A stretch of DNA of 63,686 nt, the filler included, from Neoconidiobolus thromboides FSU 785 (Eukaryota; Fungi; Entomophthoromycota), in the NCBI GenBank assembly GCA_025603075.1. It is 4 parts of 4 records of this genome, joined end to end, with 100 filler letters (N's around TTAATTAATTAA, not from the genome) between each part and the next. Parts side by side here need not be neighbours in the genome. Positions count along the whole stretch, not along the records: positions 30,548 to 61,973 come from MU626480.1; 3 more parts are not named here. The stretch is one strand, 5' to 3'. The position numbers and the translations under genes are program-made. The notes beneath the pieces are model-generated. The model saw only the letters and a program-made list of their open reading frames with translations, did no database searches and was not told the origin of the DNA. Positions 46,030 to 59,744 of this stretch are shown one piece after another; position 1 is the stretch's first letter; every line of letters starts with the position of its first letter.

Positions 46030-48300
46030 TCATGAAATACTAAAATCTTCCCTCACCTTAGCAATAGCATTAGATAAAGTAATATGAATGTATCTAGATG
46101 AATTTAATAAAATGGGTTCAATATCCATTTCATCTTGGATTAAAGAGATATCTAAATCTTCATTAACTGTATTAAATAAATCATCTTTTAAAGTCGATTT
46201 GCCTTCATTTTTACACCCATCCTTATTCATTTTGTTCAACTTGAAATTCTGTTTTTGTATATCATCTTTAGCCAAAAGTACAGCTAAATTCGATTTCATT
46301 AAACAACGTAACACACTTAAATGAATAGAAACAAAGTGTAGCTCAAACTTGATTTGAGCGTTAGTTTCAATTTCTAAAATATCATTATTTGACTCATTAT
46401 TACAAGTCATACAATTAAGCTGACATGGATGAGCACCTGCATATAAATAAAGTTGATCCCTCAATTCTTTTAAACCTTGAATACCAGATGCATCAATATA
46501 ATTCACTGCTCCTAAATCCAATATAACTGCTTTCAAATAAGGCAAATCATCTTCATTAGGTACACTAGTATTATTTCTTTTTGCTCTTATTCTTCTTAAT
46601 GAGATAGAACGATCATGTAAATCACTTGACCATAGTTTGTCTTTTGATAATGTTGGAGGTGCTCCTGACTTAGTATATTCCAAAACATAATCCATAAGCT
46701 GATCTTTCAAAAAAGAAATATTTGGAAAAATAACAGACTCTTGAATCCTAAAAACAATTACCCCAGGTTCTGGATCTTCTGCTTTATATGCTGGATGATA
46801 TTTATCAACAAATACCCCATCCCTACCTTCAATTTCTCCTAACACATAAAATTTAGGTCTTGCAATACGTAATAATAAATACAAGAAAGAAATAGCAACA
46901 GCACTGCCAATTCCGTATTGTACACCGAGTAAAAAGGTAACAACTGATGCAACGATGAAAACGAAGAAATCGATTTTAGAAGTAACATATAATTCTTTGA
47001 CAGTTGCAAAAGTCGGGATCAAAGATATACCAGCACGCATAATAATGGCAGCTAAAGTAGCAGATGGGATATAATAAAAAGCAGGAGTTAAAAACTGGAA
47101 AGCAGCTAATAAAATCAGCGCAATAAAAATGCCTACCATTGGGCTCTTTACACCAGATTTGGCTAGTACTGCACCACGGGAGAATGCACCTGCTATTGGG
47201 AAACCAGAAAAAAAGGAAGCAGCTAGGTTAGCCGCCCCGACAGCAAAAAATTCTTGAGAAGTGTGTAATTTATATCCTACTTCAGTTGAAAAACTTTTAC
47301 AGATGGCTATATGTTCTAATATAGATGCTAAAAATAGATAGGGTGTATGGGATAATATTTTAACCCATAGATTTGAGTCTAAAGGTGGAGAGCCAATGTA
47401 ACTAAAACCTTTAGGTACAGTACCAACAACAGAAAGATTAATTGACGGGTTGGTAGATTTTAAAGCAAATGAAATTAGAGTGAATAGAATAGCAACAATA
47501 GCATTAGAAGAAATAATTAAATAAAATAAGGCTGGAAATCGAGTAAGTTGTTTGGAAACTAAATAAGGCATGAGAAATAAAAACAATAAGGAAAATAAAC
47601 CAAACAATAAATTTATGTAATTTATCTTTGGCACATTCATTATTAGATTTTTTATTACTTCCCATGTTGGTTGGCTTGTTATAACATTTGGTATTCCAAA
47701 TAAAGAACTCAATTGACTTAACATAATAGTACATGCTGCCCCAAGGGTAAACCCAGTAATTACAGAATTAGGAATGAAGTCTAATATAAACCCCAGTCTT
47801 AAGATAGAACCTATAATAGCAATTGAAGCCATAGTTATAGCTAAAACAGAGCCTATTTGTTCTGGAGTATATTGATTGTTTAAATCCGAGGTAACTGAAA
47901 CTACAGTTTCTCCGATTAATAAACTTAGCACTGTGGTTGGACCCATACTTATTTCCCTTGAACTACCAAAGATGGTATATATTAAGTTACCTATAAAAGA
48001 AGAGTATAAACCATAATGGATTGGGATCTGTGCTAATTTAGTATATGCTAGTGATTGTGGAACTAACATTAGGCCAACTGTAAATCCAGAAATTATATCA
48101 CCTAATAACCATTGACGATTATACTTTGGTAACCAAGTTATTATTGGTATAAAGGATTTTATATATGTTGGAGTTTTGTATAAAACTTCATGATATAAAC
48201 GATAGGCTAATTCTGACTTTGTTTCTTGTTTGTGGTATTTTCTCAGTTTATAGCTGATGTTTAGTTCATCTGTATTATAATTATTTAATTTATTTATCAT
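46030..48300 (-). CDS. SulP-family sulfate/anion permease with STAS domain
   Basis: GDIISGFTVGLMLVPQSLAY, YGLYSSF, IFGSSREISMGP, GAFSRGAVLAKSGVKS, VILDLGAVNYIDASG; 756 aa, intronless. Confidence 0.95.
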   Translation of the reverse strand: MINKLNNYNTDELNISYKLRKYHKQETKSELAYRLYHEVLYKTPTYIKSFIPIITWLPKYNRQWLLGDIISGFTVGLMLVPQSLAYTKLAQIPIHYGLYSSFIGNLIYTIFGSSREISMGPTTVLSLLIGETVVSVTSDLNNQYTPEQIGSVLAITMASIAIIGSILRLGFILDFIPNSVITGFTLGAACTIMLSQLSSLFGIPNVITSQPTWEVIKNLIMNVPKINYINLLFGLFSLLFLFLMPYLVSKQLTRFPALFYLIISSNAIVAILFTLISFALKSTNPSINLSVVGTVPKGFSYIGSPPLDSNLWVKILSHTPYLFLASILEHIAICKSFSTEVGYKLHTSQEFFAVGAANLAASFFSGFPIAGAFSRGAVLAKSGVKSPMVGIFIALILLAAFQFLTPAFYYIPSATLAAIIMRAGISLIPTFATVKELYVTSKIDFFVFIVASVVTFLLGVQYGIGSAVAISFLYLLLRIARPKFYVLGEIEGRDGVFVDKYHPAYKAEDPEPGVIVFRIQESVIFPNISFLKDQLMDYVLEYTKSGAPPTLSKDKLWSSDLHDRSISLRRIRAKRNNTSVPNEDDLPYLKAVILDLGAVNYIDASGIQGLKELRDQLYLYAGAHPCQLNCMTCNNESNNDILEIETNAQIKFELHFVSIHLSVLRCLMKSNLAVLLAKDDIQKQNFKLNKMNKDGCKNEGKSTLKDDLFNTVNEDLDISLIQDEMDIEPILLNSSRYIHITLSNAIAKVREDFSIS

Positions 48301-49284
48301 AGTTTATAAACAATTTATCTTTTTGAAAATAATATTTTAGTTATATATCCCTCACTCTATTTATATTAGTATTTTAAAAGCATGATTTATAGTTGAGATA
48401 TAGATGACTCTATTTTAATAAATGATAGATTAAAATAGATCACTATATGTTTTCTTTTACGCTGCTATATTTAGGGAATCTTTGATTTAAAATTTAGTTT
48501 GTACTATTTAAAGAGAATTGTCGGTAATTGAAACTTATAAAATTAACTTTGCATTAATAATTCAACTATTTCATAAATTAGAAGTTAACAGGTTTTGAAT
48601 ATACGAGGTTATTTTTATTTATAGAATTCATTTTATGGCATACATTCAAATTTGTTCATGGTAAATTAAAACTTTACTATTAGTGTTTATATTGATTCTT
48701 TTCTCAATTTATAGATTTGCTTTTAATATTACTATAACTCTGTCTATTGTAGCCAGTGATTGTAAAAATTCATAAACCATACCGCCTATATTTCGATGTG
48801 AACTTGAACTAATCACCTTAAAGTATATTAAATCACTTAAACTTCAATTACTTTAAAATAGACCAAAATTCCAGTATTCATTAACACTTGAGTTTACTTA
48901 GTTCATTTTTTAAAAATAGACTGACGTTAAACTCTCATATGTTTTCACCCTTCATTAAATCTAAAAATTGTTATATAAACATTAATTGCATACAATCTAC
49001 TATAACAAATTATAAAGTGAGTAGCTTTGTTTATTTGCTAACTGTTTATATTCTAACCTATAGATAGGCGGCTGATAAGTTTTATTTTATCATTCAACTT
49101 ATTAAATTGTTGATATCTATTAGAAGTTCATAAAACAGTATCAAAAGATAGAAATCATTGTATTCAATTGTAAATCAACACTTTGAACGAATATAAGTTT
49201 ATGAATAATGTATTATTCTTCACTTATTTATTCAATTTTTACTTTCTAATTTTTATTTTTTGTATTTATTGTAATCTGTAAATT

Positions 49285-49389
49285 TAATGGGGGTGTTTTT
49301 TTTGGCTTTATTACTTTTTCTATTTTTTAAGCACTATTTAAGTGTAAAGATTGTCAGTAAAATTCTTACAAAAGAATATATCTCCAAAT
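49285..49389 (-). mobile_element. MITE copy 22
   Basis: TAAT-GGGGGTG...TATCTCC-AAAT; ~180 bp upstream of the INTS3 ATG. Confidence 0.88.
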
Positions 49390-49568
49390 TCTGTTTTTTT
49401 TTAAATAATCTTCAAAAATTTAAACTGCATAAAATATAAATGAAGCTAACTTTTAGCATTGATTGAAATCATACAGTGAAAAGCTAACAAATAATAAGCA
49501 AATGAAATTCCAAAATTTAAAAAATACAAAAAATTGTTTTTTAACTATCTATAACAATAGTCTAAAGG

Positions 49569-52500
49569 ATGATGCGACGTAACCAAGAACCGCGCTCCAT
49601 TTTATATAAACTTAGTAGTATTGATCCAAGAAATGCTATTGAAGACGTAAATGAATAATTTTAATTGAGTTGGAAGCGTACTGATATCAAATCAATCTTT
49701 AGATACTATCCAAATCTTATAATGAATTAAGGGATTATATTGCCCAATTTGAGCCAGATCAAATGTCAGTAGGATTGAGAGCACATGTAATTATAATTAA
49801 GTAATCTATACACTGAGAAATTTAAACTTAAAAGGCTTCCACTTCCAAGGACCATTATCATGGTGCCATCCAAGGACTTTTTTATTTTATATTAGCAATG
49901 AATGAACCCCCAGATTTTGTAGGATATTAATGGTTGTTATTGAGATTTTTTATTAACTATTTATTATTTAGATCTTTCAACTTTTACTTGAAGTTAATCA
50001 AGATGAATTTCAAGAATTAGTTCGTTGTATGTTTTTAGTTATTGAACAGCCTTTTTTAAATTTGATGAGGGAAGAAGTATTAGAAAAGGTAAAAACAAAC
50101 TTTAATTATTTATTTAGTTAACTCTTTTGTAGCTATTTTGGATTATTAATCGATTTCCAGAAACGGAATTGATACCTTTTGCTGGAGTAGTTCGATATTT
50201 GATAACTGAAATTCCAAGTAAAAGATTAAAAAAAACTAAACTTAAATTAAGATTAAATTCAATTTTTAGTTGGACCTGGACATATTAAAAAGATAAATTA
50301 TTACCAACATCTTGTCAATTTAAGCCTCAAAATACTGTAAATTTATTATTTTAAGTAGATCAATATCCAATATAGTAATGATAATTTTAGTGATAGAATG
50401 ATGCGTGATAGTGACTTTGAGGCCAAAGTGGGTGAAGAAACATCAAATATTCCAGATTTAATGGGACAATCTTGTTTTACTTTTTTGAAAAAATTACAGT
50501 TTCATAATGCTTTTCCGGATTTACAATTAAATGAAACTCGATTTTGTAGTAATCTTTTGGATCATAAAGTAATTCAATTTTAAATTTTATTGTTTTTGAT
50601 TAAGTTTATTTTTAGCCCGCTTATTGTCTTTCAATTGGTAGAGATTTATTAAGAACAATTTCTCAGATTTCTAGAATTGCTACAATTACCCATGCTTGGA
50701 GTGGTATGATGGCTCGATTTGCTACTATAGATCAACCCCATAAAGGTAACATTGTATTTAATTTAATATTAAATTTAATAATTCAAAGGTACAATAAGGT
50801 TATTTATGCAACCTACACCAAAAGAGTATATTTCTGGATATTTAAATTTACAGTTAAAAGAAAGGATTCATTTTATTTTAAATCAAGTAAAATAATAATA
50901 GAATTTGTATTATAATTCATAGTGATTAATTAAATTTATTTCATCAGATAAATATAAATGAATATCCGTTATATCATACTTGGCTTAAAAGAGATTATTT
51001 TGATACACCAGAAGGACAATTTATTGTACCTGATATTGTGCGTTATATTTGTTATTGCGTAAAAGTCAATGAAAATGGTAGTAGAAGGGGAATGCAACGT
51101 CATCAATTAATAAAAGAATTACTGAATATTATAGAAGTAAACATTAAATTAGTATTTATCAAAAATAATTAATTAGATTTTAATAGAGTGAAATTATAGC
51201 AGCAGAAGCTAAATTTGTGTTATTCTATGATTGGTTCTTTTTTGATGAAACTTATGAAGATATTATGATATTAGGTAAGTTGATATATATTATAATTATA
51301 TCTTAAAATATTTATAGTTTTATTTAGAACCTACTATTCAATTAATATTTAATCCTACAAATGAAACTTTATACCTTTCTCAAATGTTAATAGAATATTT
51401 AGATAATTTATTAACTAATTACATACCAGAATTAGAAACTGTAATGCGAATTGGAGTTTCAAAAACAATGGAAAGTATATTAAAGTCTGGGTTACTCCAG
51501 TAAGTTACTTAATTTTAATTAAAATAGAATTAAACTAATAACTCATATAGTTCTATAGAACCCCTCTATAATCATCCTGATTTAGATCCAGGTATAAAAT
51601 ATCGTTTATACAATTTATTTAAAGATCATCTGCAAGTAAGTGAACCTGAAAGACCGAATGTTTTTCCATTTAAAAGAGCTATTAGATACTTCCTACCTCA
51701 TGAAACACAACCTCCTTATGAACAATATCATTCTCCACAAGCATATACATTCCCACATAATATTCACTATCACCAGTCTATGGTTACTCAAAACACGCAT
51801 TATCATGAATCTATGGCTGTTGAAAAAGAAGTTGAAGTATCTATTACTAAGAGTAATATTGCTGATGTTAATATTTATGATGTCAACTTTTCGCCTCCAC
51901 AAGATAATGAAGATTCAAAATCTAAAAAGAGATTATATAAGGAAACTAGTTTTAATGATCAAGAAGGAAATTTTGTTAAATCATCACTTGTATTTGCCCA
52001 AAGTCCTGTATATAATCCACCAGAACCTAAGTTTGAATCTTTAAAAGGGAATGAAGTTGAAGATAAATATAGTGTACCTTCACCAGGATATAAGAATGAA
52101 ATTGAACAAGAATTGAATGGGCAAGGCCCAAATACTCAACAAAATAATGAAAAGGGTATATCTTATGTTAAAGAAAAAGAAAAAGAAAAAGGAACCCAAC
52201 AAAATAACAATGAAGATATTTTATTGGTAACTTATTATAAAATAAATATATCCATTAACTAAATTTATTAGATAACAAAAGATAGCGAAATTGAAATAGA
52301 AGATTTAGATGCAAGTGATATATGGTCTTTTAAAGAAGATATACTAGAATTAAGAAGAAGTATCAATGAAAGTTTAAAAGAAGAAGCTACTATTGCATTT
52401 AAAGATATTATTGAATCATCTATTAATTTAAATCATTTAACTCAAACTTTATCTGCACCATTATCAAAATCATTAAACTTAATTAATTATAGTAATTATA

Positions 52501-54090
52501 AAATTAATGATAATTATTTACCTTTAGAATACACAAAATCAATGGCATATAAAACACAATATTCTTCATTAATAATGAAATATAAAACATCATTAAATTT
52601 AATGAATAAAATAAATCAATTAGATTTACCTTTTATTCCATTATTAGAAATGATTTATAACGAATTTCAAACCAATAATGAATTTAATTTTGGAAATATT
52701 AATCTTCTTTTTCAAAAAAATACAAAACAAATACAATCTATTATTATATTGTTTATTAAATTAATACTTAATTGCCCAATTATTAATTGTATTTGGTTAT
52801 TATTTATTTTAAAGTAAGTTAATTTAAATTTAATTTAATATTATTTAACAAATAATTAAATTAAATTAATAATTTTTTCTTTATAGGAATTATTTAATAA
52901 ATAAACAAGAGAAACAACTTAATAGTAATAATGATGAAATAAAATCAATTTTGGGTTATATACAAATAATTGAAATATTACAACTTTATGGAAAATGTGA
53001 ACCAAAAAAAATTATTCAATATGATTTTATTCAATTATTTCAATTAAATTCCAATTTAGCTATTAATTTATTACCGTTGATTTTAAAAGCTACTTCTAAT
53101 TGGTCCTTTAACAATTTAGAGTTAATTATTTTCATATTAAAAAATTATAATGAAGAAAATGTAAGTTTTAATTAATTTAATATTATAAATTATTTTTAAT
53201 AATAAAATCTATTAGATTAATGAACTCGTATGTTCATTAACTTATTGTAATTTAAGTTTAGTTGATAAAAATGGATTGAATGAATTAATAGGTAATTAAA
53301 TATTAAAAATATTACAAGATGAAATTAATTTTAACTAAATTTTTAGATCAAATAATAGATTATGAGATGAATGTTCAATTTAAATTTTTAAAATTGTTCA
53401 AAAAAGAATTGAGTTACAATAGTGAATTAGTAATAAAATTAATATCATATTATTTCTCATTAAATAAAATCATATTAGGTAAATCAAAAGGTAAATTTTA
53501 ATAACTATTACTTTATTAAAATGATAACAATAATAATAATAATTTTATAGAAGAAAATAGAAAAAAAACAGAATTAATATTTGATATATTAAATCAATGT
53601 AAACCAGACTTTCAATTAATTGAAAGTTTATATAATTTAAGTTATAACATAGTTGTAATTTATAATTATGAAATAATAATAATCGAATTATTATTAAAGT
53701 ATTCTAGCTTATATCCAACATTATTTGAATCAAATTTAAAATTACACATTAAAAAATTAATTCAACAATCTAAAAAACTGTCAAAATCAATATTAACATC
53801 TGGTATTAATATATTTAATAATGAATTGAAACCTGTTATCTTTCTATCTACTTTAGATTCATCGAGTAAAATTCACTTATTAACTTTACAATGGATTGAT
53901 ATACTAAAGCATTTCTTTCAACTTAAAAAAAGTTCTAAAGAGAAAGAAAATAATAGTAAGTTTTTAATAAAACTTTTAATTAAATAATGAATGGAATTAA
54001 TCTTTCTTTTTAATAGATGAATTTCAACTTTTAGAAGATCTTGAATTCCAAAGGGATTTAGAGAATCTTAGTAAATTACATGGGTTGTAA
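49569..54090 (+). CDS. INTS3: Integrator complex subunit 3 (SOSS-A) homolog, many small introns
   Basis: Exon translations CLSIGRDLLRTISQISRI, YHTWLKRDYFDTPEGQFIVPDIVRYIC and AAEAKFVLFYDWFFF..EDIMILEP match INTS3 motifs (CLMIGRDLVR, DLIRYIC, AKLALFYDWLFF..IMNIEP). Exact exon boundaries and 3' end are less certain. Confidence 0.8.
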
Positions 54091-54491
54091 AATACAATTG
54101 AAATTAAGACTATTTTGTATGTGTTTTTTAAATGTTTTGTAGTCTAATTAAGTACTTTAAAATTTTAAAGTTTTATAGATTTTGTTAGTGTTTGTTTGAT
54201 TAATATATAACATACAATTTTGATTGTTTTCTTTTTAAATTTAACCCAGTTTTTATGTGTTTGAAAATAATAAAGGAGTTATTTTTTATTACTATATATT
54301 GTGCTTTTATTTGAATTTTTAGTAGTAATATTAATATTTTATATTTTTACTTGCCAAGTATCAATTAACTTAATTCAACTTTAAGCCACTTTAATTTGAA
54401 CCAATAGAAATAGCAACCTCATTTAAACATAAAAACACTAAGAATTATTGAAATTTGGAATTTTTTAATAATTTCAAACAATATATAAATA

Positions 54492-56121
54492 ATGGTGGCT
54501 ACACAATTAAATCAATTATTTAACTTTCCAATTTATGCTCATGCATTTAATAAAGATAGATCTCGTAAATATTCAATATTAATTTATCATTAATAAACAT
54601 CACTAATAAATTTCAATATTTCAATTTAATAGAAGTTGCTATCTCTCCCAATTCAAATCAAGTTCAAATTTATGAGTTGACAAGAAGTTCTAATACTGTT
54701 AAACTATTACATACTTTAGATGCTGTAAGTTAATCCTATTGAAACTTCCTTTTCCCTATTATTAACTTTTTACTAGCATGATCTTCTTGTAACGGGTATC
54801 GACTGGGCACCCATGTCCAATAAACTTGTAACTTGTTCTCAAGATAAGAATGCTTATGTATGGGAATACGATGTTGAATCATCTAAATGGAAACCTAAAT
54901 TAGTACAATTAAGAATTGATCGTGCTGCAACTCAAGTTAAATGGTCACCATCTGAAACCAAATTTGCTGTTGCTTCAGGATCAAAAATTGTTTCTATTTG
55001 TTATTTTGCTGAAGCTAATGATTGGTGGTCAAGTTCCCATTTGAAAGGGTTTCAATCTACTGTATTAAGTATTGCTTGGCATCCTAATAATGTTCTTATT
55101 GCTACAGGATCAACTGACATGAAGGTAATTGTGTTTTTATTACTTAATTTTCAATAAGGATTAATAATTTTGATTTATTTTTAACTTTTCTTTAATTCTT
55201 TTTGGTTTTTTAGGCTCGAGTTTACTCTGCTTTTATTAAAAAATTAGATTCAAAGTAAGTTTTAATAAGATATTATTTTAAGAAAAATTGAATAATTTCA
55301 TTAAATTCAATTAAATTCATTTAGGCCAAATCCTTCTGTTTGGGGTGAAAAATTACCCTTTGGTACATTATGTGGTGAATATAGTAATCCAAGTGGTGGT
55401 TGGATTCATTCAGTAGCCTTTTCACCTTCTGGAGATGTACTTGGATTTACTGGTAAGTCTTTTTTTCTTTTTCTTTTTCTTTTTTTATTAAGTTTAAAAA
55501 TATTTAAATAATAATAATAATAATAATAAATTCATTCGTTTATTTTATTAGGCCATGATTCTAGTATTAATATAGCTTATCCATCTTCAAGTACTATTCA
55601 TTCTGTACGTACTAATCAACTTCCATTTGTTAGTTTATTATTTTTAAACGAATCTCAATTATTGGCTGTTGGTCATCAATTTTCACCAAGTATTTTTGAA
55701 GGAGATGAAAATGGATGGTGAGTAATTATTATATATAATGACATTAATAGTTATAACGGGATTTAATTTGATGAATGTTGATTTGTTGACTGTTTTTTAC
55801 TTTAGGAATTTCATTAAGTCTTTAGATGCTGGGAAAGAAAAGAAAGTATCTACTGTTAATTCTGCTTTTAATAAATTCCGTCAGATGGATTCAAAAGGTA
55901 CTAATGCAGAATCAGATACCCAACTTTCAACTATTCATCAAAATTTAATTAAGTAAGTTTAATTTTATTTTTTATTATTATTTATTAAAATTAATTTTAT
56001 ATATTATTTATTTTTTATAATTAGCTGTGTTAATCCTTTTGATATTGAAAATCAAAATGTACTCTCTGTTTCTACTTCCGGATTAGATGGCAGATTAGTT
56101 GTTTGGGATGTTAACAATTAA
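54492..56121 (+). CDS. ARC40: Arp2/3 complex subunit 1 (WD40), multi-exon
   Basis: [77 protein letters not shown]. Confidence 0.95.
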
Positions 56122-56466
56122 TTAAAAGTAAATAAATAAAATCACATATATATTTTTGATTCAATTGTATAAGTTAAGTATAATGTTATTTAATTATAAT
56201 ATTAAAATAAAATAATTCTTTAGGTAATAGTATTATTATCATTTAATAGAAAAAAATAGATTAAATTTAATAATAATAATAATAAATCAATAAACTTTAT
56301 TTTAATTTTAATAAACTAATATACATTAAGAATTAACTTATATTGATACTCAAATCAAAAAATTGAGTTATATTTTATATTAAAAAATACTAATAATTAA
56401 CTCAGTAACTATATCTCTAACTCTTATACTTTATCATTCTCTCCTTCATAATATATTTAATTATAA

Positions 56467-57831
56467 TTAAAATTCTAAACTGTTAGCAAAATGAAACGAA
56501 TGTAATTGATCAATCAAATAAGTAGCAGTTGATAAAGATTTCTCTTCAGGAATCAAAGTATTACTTTGTGGGAAATAAGGTTCTAAATTTACTTGAGTAA
56601 GAAAAGTATCAATTGATTGTTGAAAATTTAATGGGTTTTTAAGGTGCATTTTTGATAATGAAATAATAGCTTCAATTAAACAGTTTAAAGGAGAAATTAA
56701 TTGAGCTTCTAATGCTAGTTTTTTTTTAAATAAGATAGGATCAACTACTGGAAATTGAGGATGAATATTTTGAAAATAATAACTTATTCCTATGATTGTT
56801 TGTGTATCTAAAGGTAACATTGTTTCTGGAAATATAAAATTAGCATTCTCAATTGTTAATTGATTCATTTGATAAGTTAATTCAGGTAATGAAGAAGATA
56901 ATGAATTTGTACTATTATTATTACTGTTATTATTATTATTTAATAAACTATTATTACTATTTAATAAATTATTACTAGGTTGCGGTGGTTCTAATATAAT
57001 AGTGGGTGGATTTAATGTATTTGGTGATTGGCATAAAGTAACAGTAGAATCTATTGCATTTGCATTCATTGCAGGTGATAAATTTAGTGAATTAAAAAAC
57101 ATAGTTTGTTGATTATTAGTATTATTATTATTTAAACTATTAGAATAATACATTGGATTTGGGGATGAGTTATTAGTAGATAAATTAGGTTGTATCTCTT
57201 GAGTTAAATAGTTATCCATAAAAAATGAACCATTTGGACTAGTACCTGTAGGGGATTGATAAATTGGTGAAGAAGTATACGAAGAATTCAAATCCGTTAA
57301 GTTCATTGGAGATTGAGAACGATTAATTGATAAATTAGGTACCATTTGACTTAAAGTTAAATTAGGTGGTGGATAAGAATTCCCTTTAAAATCCATACTT
57401 AAATTCATATTATTGTTCAATGGTATAATATCAATGCTTAAATTACGATTATTATTATTGTTGTTATTATTCCTAGTATTAATATTAATTGGTATACTAT
57501 TTAATTTTAATTTAGGACTAACAAAATTATTAGTATCATTACTATCATTGTTATTATTATTATTTAAATGATTTCTTTGAGTTATATTATCAACGGATAA
57601 ATTTCGATTAACTATTTGTCGATTAATATAATTCCTTTGGTTATTATCATAACTTAAATTACGTGTTATACTTGATTTATTTGGTTGTGTATATGTACAT
57701 AAGATTCCCCTTTGAAAACAACCACTACACATACTTTCCATTCGATCACATACGATTTTTAATCGATAACAAGAATCACATTTAATTTCTTGTACACTAG
57801 TTGTAATTGTTAAATTAGGTCGCATTGACAT
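56467..57831 (-). CDS. Zn(II)2Cys6 transcription factor with poly-Asn tracts
   Basis: CDSCYRLKIVCDRMESMCSGCFQRGILC binuclear cluster; YFQNIHPQFPVVD fungal TF middle-homology motif. Confidence 0.88.
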   Translation of the reverse strand: MSMRPNLTITTSVQEIKCDSCYRLKIVCDRMESMCSGCFQRGILCTYTQPNKSSITRNLSYDNNQRNYINRQIVNRNLSVDNITQRNHLNNNNNNDSNDTNNFVSPKLKLNSIPININTRNNNNNNNNRNLSIDIIPLNNNMNLSMDFKGNSYPPPNLTLSQMVPNLSINRSQSPMNLTDLNSSYTSSPIYQSPTGTSPNGSFFMDNYLTQEIQPNLSTNNSSPNPMYYSNSLNNNNTNNQQTMFFNSLNLSPAMNANAIDSTVTLCQSPNTLNPPTIILEPPQPSNNLLNSNNSLLNNNNNSNNNSTNSLSSSLPELTYQMNQLTIENANFIFPETMLPLDTQTIIGISYYFQNIHPQFPVVDPILFKKKLALEAQLISPLNCLIEAIISLSKMHLKNPLNFQQSIDTFLTQVNLEPYFPQSNTLIPEEKSLSTATYLIDQLHSFHFANSLEF

Positions 57832-58619
57832 TTAGTATTGAATATAAAAATAGTTAAAAGTTAAAATTTTTAAATTTTAATAAACCTTGATATAGTTGTG
57901 AATTCACTTGTAGAATTGTTTACTTTTTTGGGCAATAGTTACCTACCTTTTATTTTATTAATTTGATCTATATTACATATTCATTGAATTTTATTAAAAT
58001 TAATAAATTAAATAAAGGTTGAATAGCTTATTGATGTTTCTCTAATACTTGTAACTTATAGCATTCTTTATTTATTTGTTTCGATACCCCCCCGATCTTT
58101 ACCATCTTACTTAGCATTAACTAAGTTGCCCATTGAGAATTCTCACTTTTAAAACTTTAAAAAAAGAGAATTCTATTTGCAAAATTCTATCAATCAAAAA
58201 CTAAAAATGATCAAGTTCAGGGTACACATGGTTCTTTACAAATTTCTAAATAGAATCTTTAAGTCTCTAATAGCGGTCAATTTCATTTCCTTTGAATTCG
58301 AAGATGGCGTGATAGACCTTGAGAAGCTTACTTTTATTACAAAGATCCAATAGTTTCTTTAAATGTTTTTTTATTGTACTAAAAAAAACAAAGAAAGCTA
58401 AGATAAGTTCAAGCTGAAAATATATTCAAATTGGGTTGGTTAAGTTAAAACACCCACTGTATTTTCACTTCTGAGCAAAGATTTGAGTTTTTGCTATAAA
58501 AAAACGGCTACTTTTTACTCATCATTTGATATTTATTGGGATTTTAACTCAATTGAGGCATAATTAAATTAATCGCTACTCAAAAACTCGATGCTTTTTC
58601 TATACTACATCATCAAAAA

Positions 58620-58871
58620 ATGAATTCTACAATCATCTATAACACACGTGAGCTCAAAAATGAACTGAAATATCAAGATGAAGAAAGACAATCCCAAACG
58701 ACTCAAGAGATGGCACAACTTAGAAGACCTTCAGTTATATTTGAAGATATTGTGGTGGATAGTCACATTATTGAAAGTGAAAATGAAGAAAAGAAAAATG
58801 TGGTAAATTATAAATTATTTAAGAAAACAAAAGGTTATGCCAAAGTAGTGGAGACAGTAATTTATGAGTGA
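58620..58871 (+). CDS. Small hypothetical protein (83 aa)
   Basis: ATG in A-rich context, charged composition, RRPS motif; no family recognised. Confidence 0.4.
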   Translation: MNSTIIYNTRELKNELKYQDEERQSQTTQEMAQLRRPSVIFEDIVVDSHIIESENEEKKNVVNYKLFKKTKGYAKVVETVIYE

Positions 58872-58957
58872 TAAGTGATGGGTAAGAACGAAGTTAATAA
58901 GGAAAAATGGTTATTAAAATTGGTTGCTATTTATTTAATGCAGTTTAAAACCTTGCT

Positions 58958-58998
58958 TTTATCTTTGTCTTTATCTTTGTCTTTATCTTTGTCTTTGT
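58958..58998. repeat. Short tandem repeat (TTTATCTTTGTC)x3
   Basis: 12-bp unit repeated about three times. Confidence 0.8.
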
Positions 58999-59744
58999 CA
59001 AGTTTTTAACTTTATTCTAATTTGTAATAGATTTTATATTATACTTAATTTATAGTCTATAAAAAAGTCATTATATTATTAAATATTTCAATTAATAATG
59101 TTAGTATATTAGATTTGATATTAATTCATCTGAAGCTAACTGTAATATTGCTAATAGTAACTTTTATTGAATTCTATCTCATTAAGTTATAGTTATAAAG
59201 TACTCCTTTTTTCTATTGTATATGCTAATAACTTTCCTTTGATAGTTGTAGAAAACAGAAAGGTTTAATTAAACTTCATCAATACAATAATTAACCTAGT
59301 TTATTATAATTGTAATTATGAGGCTATTATTTTAGCGTTAAGTTTTTTAAAGTATGAAAGAAGTTTAATAAACAGCAATATATTATACCTTAATAATCGC
59401 AATATTAAATTGATTATTGTGAGCTATGGGCTATAAATTTTATTTCATATAGGAAAACTTCGATGTTTTGAATGTTATAGATAGACAACTATAAACTATA
59501 AATTTAATAAGATCGATCATTCAATTACTAATCAATCAACTAAATATTATATTTATTCTATAATAAACCAGAATTAATTAATTGAATCTTCTATAAATGT
59601 ATAATAAATAAAGTTTAAATACTAAGGTAATATACTAATTATGGAATTGAAATATAAAGTTCAACTATGATTTGATACAAAAATAAACTATAAAAATAAA
59701 CTCAAAAATCTCTTCTTTTTTTTGAATCTTATCAACAATCAATA

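Noticed and set aside
8494-52044. Antisense or off-frame ORFs overlapping real genes (8494, 16029, 16481, 16819, 19035, 25311, 29814, 29933, 30893, 33593, 38233, 39361, 39661, 46088, 47504, 51640, 51693)
   Set aside because: Shadows of low-complexity or AT-biased coding sequence, with no motifs of their own.
56925-57570. (AAT)n/(ATT)n runs
   Set aside because: They encode ordinary poly-Asn tracts of the Zn2Cys6 factor, as expected in an AT-rich genome.
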